Translations under genes and position numbers: made by a program | The notes under the pieces: generated by a model | Database searches by the model: none | Seen by the model: only the letters and a program-made list of their open reading frames with translations | What the model was told of the DNA's origin: nothing | Shown here: positions 1 through 7,490 of the stretch, one piece after another | Position numbering within the stretch: position 1 is the first letter of the stretch | Layout of the letters: each line of letters starts with the position of its first letter | Source: an uncultured archaeon | GTDB lineage: Archaea > Altiarchaeota > Altiarchaeia > IMC4 > SCGC-AAA252-I15 | Direction of reading: 5' to 3' | DNA: 25,953 nucleotides | NCBI GenBank assembly: GCA_964587725.1 | Contig: CAZPLO010000019.1 | Span: forward strand, 1-25,953

Positions 1-981
1 GAATACGCCTGCGAGTACCGCCACCGGCGTGCCGATGCTTATGCCTGAGGCAACGTAGCCTGCCTGGCTTATGGCGTGGTAGCTGAGCATCCGGTGGTAG
101 TTGTCCTGCTTCAACGCCATGATGACGCCGAACACCATCGCACCCATCGACATGTACAGCATTATGGGCCGCATGATGCCGACGTCGTTGAACAGCTTCA
201 GCAGTATCAGCCCCAGCGCTATCATGATGAACTTGGTCTGCGTCTGCATCAGCCCCGACGCGTGAGGCCGCGCAGCCGCATACAGTTCGGATTTTATGTT
301 GTGGAAGGGGAACACTCCGCCGGCGTAGCTCCACGCGAACAACGCGAGACCCGCCGCCGCGAGGAACACGGGGTTCGACATTAACGAGCCGGCGTTCACG
401 GCGGCCTGCATGTCCCCGATGTTCAGGGAGCCCGTCAGGGACAGCATCAACGCCACCCCCAGGAGGAGGCAGTTGCCTGCGACGTTCGCGACAATCAGGT
501 ACTTCACCGCCGCCTTATACGCTCGTTCGGTCCCGGAGGCTATGGCCAGCGCGGTCTGGGAAATCAACGCTATCTCCAGAAACACGTAGAAGTTGAAGAA
601 GTCGTCAGCCATCAACACCGCGGTTGTCGCCCCCACCCCAAGCATCATGAACCCCAGGTACGTGCCGGACACTTTTTCGAATGCGCCAACGTACGACATC
701 ACCACCAGGGCGGCTATCAACGCGAGTATGAAGCCGATGAGCCGCTGGTGCGCCCCGAACGAATACACTATTGCGGCCGCCAAATCGCTGCCTATCAGGG
801 TTTGCTCGTGGCCGCCGAAGTAATGAAGGCCGTATGAGGTGAGCAGGGGGAGGGCTAGGAACACAAGGGCCGCGAAGACGGCGAAAATCTTCACCAGCCG
901 GTCCCGTCCGTGCAGCAGATTCAACGCCACGGCGGCGGCGAGCGGCAGCGCAACCATCAGCGGAATCAGTACACTATTCAC
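1..981 (-). CDS. ehbF: Antiporter-like (MrpD/NuoN-type) membrane subunit, EhbF-like; 5' part only, continues beyond the window edge
   Basis: Absent from the ORF track because it has no stop in the window. Hand translation from GTG at 981 is open to position 1: MNSVLIPLMVALPLAAAVALNLLHGRDRLVK...ADDFFNFYVFLEIALISQ...AAVKYL...GSLNIGDM...FPFHNIKSELY...KQDNYHRMLSYHAISQAGY. These are complex I/Mrp antiporter-module motifs. It overlaps the upstream gene by 8 bp. Confidence 0.85.
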   Translation of the reverse strand, partial: MNSVLIPLMVALPLAAAVALNLLHGRDRLVKIFAVFAALVFLALPLLTSYGLHYFGGHEQTLIGSDLAAAIVYSFGAHQRLIGFILALIAALVVMSYVGAFEKVSGTYLGFMMLGVGATTAVLMADDFFNFYVFLEIALISQTALAIASGTERAYKAAVKYLIVANVAGNCLLLGVALMLSLTGSLNIGDMQAAVNAGSLMSNPVFLAAAGLALFAWSYAGGVFPFHNIKSELYAAARPHASGLMQTQTKFIMIALGLILLKLFNDVGIMRPIMLYMSMGAMVFGVIMALKQDNYHRMLSYHAISQAGYVASGISIGTPVAVLAGVF

Positions 982-1327
982 TCCATATCCTCCTCGAACT
1001 CAACGTCTTGTGTTTATTGTGAAGTTTCACGCACAGCCCAAGTATCAGTGCGACGGTGGCCACGGCGATGACAATGTTCGTAAGCACAAGCGCCATGGGC
1101 AGCGGATAACCCGCATGCGACGCAAAACCCTCCGCCGTCATGCCGGGCAGCTGGATGGGTACTATGCCTCCTTCACGGTACCCCATCGCCACCAGCGTGA
1201 GGTTGACTGCGTCACCCACGAAGGTGACGCCCATCACCTTCTTTATGAGATTGTCTTTTGAAAGTATCGCCCACAACCCTATGAGGAACAACAATCCTGC
1301 TGTGGCGAAGGAGGCGGACTGTATCAC
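974..1327 (-). CDS. ehbE: MrpC/NuoK-like small membrane subunit (EhbE-like), 117 aa
   Basis: Start re-called to GTG at 1327 (GGAGG upstream, GTGA overlap with the previous stop). The motifs DNLIKKVMG, AVNLTLVAMGY and PLPMALVLTNIVIAVAT are typical of MnhC. Confidence 0.85.
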   Translation of the reverse strand: MIQSASFATAGLLFLIGLWAILSKDNLIKKVMGVTFVGDAVNLTLVAMGYREGGIVPIQLPGMTAEGFASHAGYPLPMALVLTNIVIAVATVALILGLCVKLHNKHKTLSSRRIWSE

Positions 1328-1560
1328 TCCTCCCACCTCTCCGTCTTGTAGACGACGATGGCGAACAGCGCAGGCAGTATGGTTGAAGCAATGATGGCCT
1401 GCGTCAGCGCGACGTCCGCCGCCAGAAGTCGTTGGTAGAGGACTGCCAACGCCAGCCCCTCTATGCCTGTGCCTATTATGACCGCCTTCAGCAGGTCCTT
1501 GGGGTAGAGTGCCGCGGCTGCGACGAAAACCGCGGAGGCCATCAGAACATACTCTATCAC
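1324..1560 (-). CDS. ehbD: DUF4040/MbhD-like small membrane subunit (EhbD-like), 78 aa
   Basis: Contains KDLLKAVII...LLAADVALTQAII, a variant of the A-P-D-V-A-L-T-E/Q-A motif. About 3 TM helices, with GTGA overlaps at both ends. Confidence 0.8.
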   Translation of the reverse strand: MIEYVLMASAVFVAAAALYPKDLLKAVIIGTGIEGLALAVLYQRLLAADVALTQAIIASTILPALFAIVVYKTERWEE

Positions 1561-1805
1561 CTTTTACCACCCCTGCCGTAGTGTGCTTCGGCGATGGCGT
1601 GCCCGCTCAACGGCACAAGAGCCAGGTATATGAGGCTGATGAGCGGATAGCCGAGTATGAGGGTGAGGAAAATGCATGCGACGTCGATGACGCCTGCGAG
1701 GTGGATTCGCGCGTACACGATGTTGGGCCGCTCTTTGAACCGGAGCAGTCCGATGGAGGCGGCGAGTATCAGCGCGGATGCCATGGCGTACGCGACGTCT
1801 ATCAC
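1557..1805 (-). CDS. ehbC: MrpG-like membrane subunit (EhbC-like), 82 aa
   Basis: Start re-called to GTG at 1805. The motifs IGLLRF...YARIHLAG and P.SGHAIAEA are MnhG-like. Confidence 0.8.
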   Translation of the reverse strand: MIDVAYAMASALILAASIGLLRFKERPNIVYARIHLAGVIDVACIFLTLILGYPLISLIYLALVPLSGHAIAEAHYGRGGKR

Positions 1806-2044
1806 TCCCCCACCTCCCTGACGAATCTGCTGAACACTATCACTCCCAGGAAGCCGGGGAAGATGAGGTAGAACGCTATGTCCCTGCTGAACGCCACCGA
1901 CTCCTGCAGCAACACGAGGAACGTAACCGCCGATATGGTTGCTACATTCAACCCGATGAGGGAGTTCTCGGGGCCGCCGCGCAATACCAGGACGACGCCC
2001 GCGGCTATGGCCGCGGCCAGAGATAACAGCAGCACCTCCATCAT
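1802..2044 (-). CDS. ehbB: MrpF-like membrane subunit (EhbB-like), 80 aa
   Basis: Three hydrophobic segments, a GP motif after TM1 and DIAF..IF.GFLGVIVFSRF. It lies between the MrpE-like and MrpG-like genes. Confidence 0.75.
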   Translation of the reverse strand: MMEVLLLSLAAAIAAGVVLVLRGGPENSLIGLNVATISAVTFLVLLQESVAFSRDIAFYLIFPGFLGVIVFSRFVREVGE

Positions 2045-2352
2045 TCCAGCATCCCCCGAATGTATTTCTCAAACGGTATGACGGCCTCCGGCTTCCGCGG
2101 AGTCAACACCGCCACCTTCAGCTTCCTGGACTCGGAGTCCACATCCACGGTAAGCGTCCCCGGCGTCAACGTTATGGAGTTCGCCAGCAGCGTCTGCGAC
2201 CACGGCTTCGCCAAGACGGTGTCGATTTCAACGACCTGCGGGTCGATCCTGCCCGTCAAAGAGGCGACGGAAGCCTCCACCGCGGATTTCAGCATATTGT
2301 ATCCTAAGTCCAGGACATACAGTATGCCGTAAGCCAACCTGACCAAAATCAC
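2041..2352 (-). CDS. ehbA: MrpE-like subunit (EhbA-like), 103 aa
   Basis: Carries the MnhE signature LANSITLTPGTLTVDV and PFEKYI. GTG start with AGGTG just upstream (2357-2361). Confidence 0.85.
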   Translation of the reverse strand: MILVRLAYGILYVLDLGYNMLKSAVEASVASLTGRIDPQVVEIDTVLAKPWSQTLLANSITLTPGTLTVDVDSESRKLKVAVLTPRKPEAVIPFEKYIRGMLE

Positions 2353-2356
2353 TTTA

Positions 2357-2393
2357 CACCTGCACGGTAAACATTATGTTGAAGGAGTTAAAA
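2357..2393 (-). promoter_or_regulatory. Putative promoter and RBS of the ehb-like operon
   Basis: Minus-strand TTTTAA at 2388-2393, palindrome AACAT-T-ATGTT at 2370-2380, and AGGTG at 2357-2361. Confidence 0.4.
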
Positions 2394-2401
2394 CTTGAAT
2401 G

Positions 2402-3598
2402 TTAACCTATGAACTTCTTGGCTATGGGGAGCAGCTTCGGCGCCTTCTTCATCACCACTTCGAGGAGGGATTTGCTGTCGCCTTCCACAATCTTCATCAC
2501 TACCTCCCCGTCTATCACCCTTCCCATGCGGTTGAAGTCGTCGTCCTCCATCCTCTCCAAGAAAGCCCTCACCTTAGCCAGCTTCCGCATCCGGGCTCCG
2601 TCGCCGCTGTGCCAGCGTTCCTCATACTCTATGAGCATGTCTCTGCCGACATCCTCTTTCTCCAGGGCCTTGCAGCCCACTTCAGCAGCCAATGCGGCGG
2701 CGTCCATGGCCAGGCTTATCCCGCCGCCGTGGATGGGGTTCACCTGCTGGGCGGCGTCGCCCACCACCATCAATCCGTCGCCCACGAACGTCTCGCTTGA
2801 TATGCTGACGGGTATTCCGCCGCCGTTCACCTCCACGGGACTGGCTTCTTCGAAGAATTCCGGGTGCGAGTCTATGAACCGGTTCAGGTATTCCCTCGCC
2901 CGGTTGCCGTCGTCTGATTTGGTGCCGACGATTCCTATGCCCACGTTCGCCAGCTCCCCCTTGGGGAAAATCCAGACGTAGCCCTTCGGGGCCACTTCGT
3001 TGCCGAAGAATATGTGTAGTTTGTTCAATTCTACGCCTTTGACGCCCGCCATCTCGTACTGGAAGCCGCTGTGGTAGTCCTTCAGATGGTTGCGGGTGTT
3101 CAGTCCAGCGCGTTTCGCGGTAAGGGAGTCAACGCCGTCCGCCGCAATCACCACCCGGGCGCGGACCGTAATCTCCTCCCCCATGTGCACGGCCTTAACG
3201 CCGACCACGACCCCCTCCTCTTTTATGACGTCTGTGACGTTGGTCTTCACCATGTAGCGGGCGCCCTCCTTTATTGCCGCGGCAGCCAAGTGTTTCTCGA
3301 ACACCTTCCTCTCCAGTATGTAGCCTCTCATCCCGAGGTTCTCTAACTTCACCTGGTGCATGTCGGGCATGTATAATACTGCGCCGTCGATTTCCTGCAC
3401 AGCCCACCGGGGGTCCGGCTTCACCCCGATTCTCTCCAGGGCCTCCGCGTTCAAGCCTTCAGCGCAGCGTTTCGGGCAGCCTATCTCCTGGCGTTTCTCC
3501 AGAACCAACACGTTGAATCCTTTCCTGGCGAAATCCCTGGCCGCTATGCTGCCCGCCGGCCCTGCGCCGACCACCGCGACGTCGACTTCGTAGTTCAC
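2402..3598 (-). CDS. Digeranylgeranylglycerophospholipid reductase (archaeal geranylgeranyl reductase family FAD oxidoreductase), 398 aa
   Basis: Start re-called to GTG at 3598 (GTGA overlap with the ferredoxin stop). Motifs are the Rossmann VVGAGPAG, PKRCAEG, AADG, PKGYVWIFP (YxWxFP) and GDAAQQVNPIHGGGI. Confidence 0.9.
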   Translation of the reverse strand: MNYEVDVAVVGAGPAGSIAARDFARKGFNVLVLEKRQEIGCPKRCAEGLNAEALERIGVKPDPRWAVQEIDGAVLYMPDMHQVKLENLGMRGYILERKVFEKHLAAAAIKEGARYMVKTNVTDVIKEEGVVVGVKAVHMGEEITVRARVVIAADGVDSLTAKRAGLNTRNHLKDYHSGFQYEMAGVKGVELNKLHIFFGNEVAPKGYVWIFPKGELANVGIGIVGTKSDDGNRAREYLNRFIDSHPEFFEEASPVEVNGGGIPVSISSETFVGDGLMVVGDAAQQVNPIHGGGISLAMDAAALAAEVGCKALEKEDVGRDMLIEYEERWHSGDGARMRKLAKVRAFLERMEDDDFNRMGRVIDGEVVMKIVEGDSKSLLEVVMKKAPKLLPIAKKFIG

Positions 3599-3771
3599 TT
3601 CTCCCCCTCCAGCTCCAGAGCCCCTACGGGGCAGAATCTGACGCAGATGCCGCAGCGGGTGCATTTTTTGTCGTCCACTGTCAGCACGGTCTCCCTGAGT
3701 TCGATGGCGTCGACGGGGCATACGCCCGCGCATCCGCCGCAGTACAGGCACCTGCTTCTGTCAACCTTCAT
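3595..3771 (-). CDS. 2x[4Fe-4S] ferredoxin, 58 aa
   Basis: Start re-called to ATG at 3771. It has two CxxCxxCxxxCP motifs (CLYCGGCAGVCP and CTRCGICVRFCP). Confidence 0.93.
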   Translation of the reverse strand: MKVDRSRCLYCGGCAGVCPVDAIELRETVLTVDDKKCTRCGICVRFCPVGALELEGEK

Positions 3772-3894
3772 CGTAAGTAACGGAAAGTATAGGTTATTAC
3801 AATTATTTATATTAAATCCACATAAACCCTTCTTATATTCTGATAAATTAATATATAGCTGGATGGTTGTTCGGCTTTTTCTCAGAGGAGTGAC
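3772..3894. promoter_or_regulatory. Divergent AT-rich promoter region
   Basis: Minus-strand TTTAATATAAATAA at 3803-3816, plus-strand TTAATATATA at 3848-3857, and GAGGAG RBS at 3885-3890. Confidence 0.6.
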
Positions 3895-4608
3895 ATGAAA
3901 CACAACGTTAACCTGGGGCTGCTGGGGCTGTTGTTGCTGGTGATACTGGCCATGATAGGGTTGACCATATACAATTACATGACCTACGAGGGCCTTAACA
4001 GCAAATACGACGAGGCACTGGAGAACCTCGAAAACTACAGCGACATCATAAGCGCGAAGGAGGCTGAGCTCGCAGCCAAAGAGGGTGATTTACGCGACAA
4101 GGAGGCGAAGCTGGCGGCGTACCTGAGCGAACTGAACATATCCAAGCAGCGTGAAACCAGCCTGGGCGGCCACTTCGAGGAGTTGAAGGGGGAGGTCGGC
4201 ACACTGGAAGGCAACTTGAACTCAACAAAGGAGGAGCGTGACCGCTACGCCCAACTCTACAACAAGTACCTGGCGGAGAGCCAGCAGTGGAAGAGCCAGT
4301 ACGAGGAAGAGCACCTGGCTCTGACGAAGGCGGAGCAGAAGATAACCGACGTGAGGCGGCTGGCGCTCGACATAGGCGAATACGTCAAATCCATAAACGC
4401 GACGTTGAAGAGCATACGCGGTGACGCATACGACATAGGGGATGATGCGTCGGACATAGACTCCAACTCCGGGAACAAGACGTTCGTGGAGAACAGGGCG
4501 GGCGAGGTGGAGGATAAGGCCGACAACATAGTCTCCGATATTGACTCCATCTGGCCCAACATAAACGAAATCAACGACATCGGCAAGTTCATAAGGGGTG
4601 CGACGTGA
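3895..4608 (+). CDS. Membrane-anchored coiled-coil protein, 237 aa
   Basis: N-terminal hydrophobic helix followed by a long heptad-like E/K/L-rich region. It has an RBS and a GTGA overlap with the next gene. Confidence 0.85.
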   Translation: MKHNVNLGLLGLLLLVILAMIGLTIYNYMTYEGLNSKYDEALENLENYSDIISAKEAELAAKEGDLRDKEAKLAAYLSELNISKQRETSLGGHFEELKGEVGTLEGNLNSTKEERDRYAQLYNKYLAESQQWKSQYEEEHLALTKAEQKITDVRRLALDIGEYVKSINATLKSIRGDAYDIGDDASDIDSNSGNKTFVENRAGEVEDKADNIVSDIDSIWPNINEINDIGKFIRGAT

Positions 4609-5516
4609 GCGACTTGAACAGCAAATTGATGGAGGCTAAGGCGGTGTTCTGGAGCATGAAGTTCTACAACATCGTCCTCGACTTCCTGGTGGGGTTTCTG
4701 TTTTCGGCGTTGGTGTTCCTGCTGGCGGGCATAGGCCTCTTGTACGCGGTCCTGCCCGCTTTGATATACTCTGCTGTCCGGTTCTTCAAAGAGTACCGTA
4801 ACAGGAGCCTTGTCAGGCGGCTGGAGGGCAAATACGACAGACTCGACGAGCGCCTGCAGACGGCGATAGAATACGACGGCATGCGGAACGTGATAGTGGA
4901 GGACCTGGTTTCCGACGTCACCCGGAGGATGGACGCCATAGAGTCGTCTTCGTTTCTGGACTCCAAGGCGGTGTCCAAGCGCGTGTACACGCTGATAGTG
5001 CTGTCGTTCATACTGTTGACTGCTGTGATGCTGAACCTCCGCGCGTTCGTGTTCGACAGCCTCGACGACCTGCTGGAGAACACCGGCTTAGAGGGCCTGG
5101 AGGATCTGGCGGGGAAGGCCGGGACGGAATTCGACATGCTCACCGGCAACCGGTGGGAGAACAGCAACCTCACCGCGGAAGACAAGGAGAAGTTGGGATC
5201 CCAGTCAGGCGGAGAACGTCCGGGCGTCAGCGAAGGCCCCATACCCGGCGTCGGCGGCGGCATAGGCGGGGAATCCAACCAGGAGATATACGGCGAGGCG
5301 TCTTCCGCGAGCATCGAGGGCAGGGACGTGGACTTCCGCCTCCACCCGGAATACGGCGGTGAAATAGAGATTCGGGAGACCGGCGGCAGCGTACGCGACA
5401 ACACCTTCAACCTCGAGGACGTCCAGTCGGCGGAGGAATGCGTGGAGTGCGTTATTGGGCCGGAGCACGAGGAGATGGTTCGGAGGTACTTCGAGAAGAT
5501 ACTTCCGGAGACGTGA
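4605..5516 (+). CDS. Membrane protein of MoxR-vWA clusters (about 3 TM, acidic Gly-rich C-terminal region), 303 aa
   Basis: TM segments flank RRLEGKYDRLDERLQTAIE. An acidic low-complexity tail ends in PEHEEMVRRYFEKI. It is translationally coupled to the upstream gene. Confidence 0.8.
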   Translation: MSDLNSKLMEAKAVFWSMKFYNIVLDFLVGFLFSALVFLLAGIGLLYAVLPALIYSAVRFFKEYRNRSLVRRLEGKYDRLDERLQTAIEYDGMRNVIVEDLVSDVTRRMDAIESSSFLDSKAVSKRVYTLIVLSFILLTAVMLNLRAFVFDSLDDLLENTGLEGLEDLAGKAGTEFDMLTGNRWENSNLTAEDKEKLGSQSGGERPGVSEGPIPGVGGGIGGESNQEIYGEASSASIEGRDVDFRLHPEYGGEIEIRETGGSVRDNTFNLEDVQSAEECVECVIGPEHEEMVRRYFEKILPET

Positions 5517-5551
5517 TATAATAACTTAATTTAATATGTAAGAGGGTTAAC

Positions 5552-6601
5552 ATGGCATCAGGTGGAAAGAGTCTGTGGGACAGCGTTGAAGGGGAGAGCA
5601 CAACCAAGGGTAAGGCTGAGTCCGGCGCGGGGGCAGTCGACCTGAAGCAGGTCTACTCCCAGATGAAGGACACGTACCGGGACATCAAAAAAGAGGTGTC
5701 ACGTGTAATCGTAGGGCAGGAGGACGTTTTGGAGCAGATTCTGATCGCGATTTTCACCGACAACCACGCGCTGCTGGAGGGCTTCCCGGGGCTGGGGAAG
5801 ACCATGATGGTCCGCACGGTTTCGAGTGTCATGGACCTGAAGTTCCGGAGGATACAGTGCACTCCGGACCTGATGCCGTCCGACGTCACCGGCACATACG
5901 TGGTGGAGGAGGACGCTTCAGGGAGGAAGCGTTTCCGGTTCGAGGAGGGTCCGGTGTTCACCAACATACTCCTGGCGGACGAGATAAACCGTGCGACTCC
6001 GAAGTCGCAGTCGGCGCTGCTGGAGAGCATGCAGGAGCGGCAGGTGACCATGGGCACCACCACCCACAAACTGGACCGCCCGTTCTTCGTGCTGGCGACC
6101 CAGAACCCCATAGAGATGGAGGGAACTTACCCTCTGCCGGAGGCGCAGGTGGACCGTTTCCTGCTGAAGATAATGGTCGGGTACCCGAACCTGCAGGAGG
6201 AGGACAGGGTGGTGGAACTGTACTCAAGCGACTTCAAGCCGGCGGTCAACAAGCTCATGCGCAGGGAGCACGTGATGGCTATACAGGATTTGACGAAGAA
6301 GATGCCCATCTCCGGCGAGGTGAGGGAGTACGCGCTGAAGATTGTCGCCGCCACCCGGCCGAAGGAGCACAACCTCGCGTCCCAGTTTTTGGACTACGGT
6401 GCGTCGCCGCGTGCCAGCATAGGCATCGTCTTGGCGTCGAAGGCGAGGGCGCTGTTGAACGGAAGAAACTACGTGGGCAAGGACGACGTGAAGGCGATGG
6501 CGTACCCCGTGCTCCGGCACCGTCTGATAATGAACTTCGAGAGCGAGCGGAAGGGGATGAGCACCGACGACGTCATAACCCAGATACTGAAGGAAGTGTA
6601 G
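5552..6601 (+). CDS. moxR: MoxR-family AAA+ ATPase, 349 aa
   Basis: Walker A GFPGLGKT, RIQCTPDLMPSD, Walker B LLADEINR, ATQNPIEMEGTYPLPEAQVDRF, GASPR and VLRHR. Confidence 0.95.
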   Translation: MASGGKSLWDSVEGESTTKGKAESGAGAVDLKQVYSQMKDTYRDIKKEVSRVIVGQEDVLEQILIAIFTDNHALLEGFPGLGKTMMVRTVSSVMDLKFRRIQCTPDLMPSDVTGTYVVEEDASGRKRFRFEEGPVFTNILLADEINRATPKSQSALLESMQERQVTMGTTTHKLDRPFFVLATQNPIEMEGTYPLPEAQVDRFLLKIMVGYPNLQEEDRVVELYSSDFKPAVNKLMRREHVMAIQDLTKKMPISGEVREYALKIVAATRPKEHNLASQFLDYGASPRASIGIVLASKARALLNGRNYVGKDDVKAMAYPVLRHRLIMNFESERKGMSTDDVITQILKEV

Positions 6602-6611
6602 GTGGTCGGCA

Positions 6612-7490
6612 TTGATTGACCCGTCCTTTCTGGAGCAGCTGAAGGAGCTGGACTTCATAGTCAGGCAGAGAGTCTCAAGCGTCTACGCCGGCGGCCGCCC
6701 GTCCATAAAGCACGGGAAGGGCATCGAGGTCGTCGACTACCGCGAGTACATGCCAGGCGACGACTTCCGGCTCATAGACTGGAAGGTGTACGCCCGCACC
6801 GAACGGCTGCATATACGGCGTTTCGAGGAGGAGAAGGATTTGATAGTGCATATCCTGGTGGACGCGAGCTCCAGCATGGACTTCACCACCGGAGGTATGC
6901 GCAAATTCGACTACGCCGGCAGCATCGCAGCGGGCTTCGGATTCCTGTCGGTCCACAACCACGAGAAATTCGCGGCCGCATTGTACGCGGAAACCATACG
7001 GGAGGTGACGCAGCCTAGGAAGAGCCGCGCCCATTTGTTCAACGTCATAGACCTGTTCAATCGCATAAAACTCAAAGGCGGCACCGACCTGGGGGTGTGC
7101 GCCGGCCAGTACGGGAAGATGATTAAATCCAAGTCCTTCACCATAGTAGTATCCGACTTCATAGAAGACATAGTGTCCGTGAAGGAGGGCATATACAGGA
7201 TGGCGAAGCACAGCAAGGAGATGATGCTTGTGCAGGTGCTGGACCCGTTGGAGCTGGATCTGGGGTGGGAGGGTGACATCAAATTCCAGGACCTGGAGAC
7301 CGACGACGTCAAAAGAACATACCTGAGTCCTGGCTTCAAGAGGGAGTACGCCTCTAAGATACGGGAGCACAACGCTACCATACAGGAGACGTGCATCGAA
7401 CTCGGCGTCGACTTCACCACCGTCACAACTGATACGCCCATATTCGACGCGTTCGTGCAGATAGTGGGCGGAGGTAGGAGGGGTGGCTGA
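6612..7490 (+). CDS. DUF58 domain (vWA-like) protein, 292 aa
   Basis: Motifs DYREYMPGDDFRLIDWKVYART, ILVDASSSM (MIDAS), VVSDF and QVLDP.E. TTG start after GGTGG. Confidence 0.92.
   Translation: MIDPSFLEQLKELDFIVRQRVSSVYAGGRPSIKHGKGIEVVDYREYMPGDDFRLIDWKVYARTERLHIRRFEEEKDLIVHILVDASSSMDFTTGGMRKFDYAGSIAAGFGFLSVHNHEKFAAALYAETIREVTQPRKSRAHLFNVIDLFNRIKLKGGTDLGVCAGQYGKMIKSKSFTIVVSDFIEDIVSVKEGIYRMAKHSKEMMLVQVLDPLELDLGWEGDIKFQDLETDDVKRTYLSPGFKREYASKIREHNATIQETCIELGVDFTTVTTDTPIFDAFVQIVGGGRRGG

Noticed and set aside
76-1261. Plus-strand ORFs over the left edge
   Set aside because: They are antisense shadows of the ehbF-like and ehbE-like genes.
2357-2384. TTATGTTGAAG resembling the XerD arm of a dif site
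   Set aside because: There is no matching second arm ending in ATAA across a 6-bp spacer.
974-3903. Long versions of ORFs 974..1570, 1557..2072, 2402..3751 and 3595..3903 in the ORF track
   Set aside because: Their N-terminal extensions overlap real upstream genes or promoter DNA. Family-like sequence starts at 1327, 1805, 3598 and 3771.
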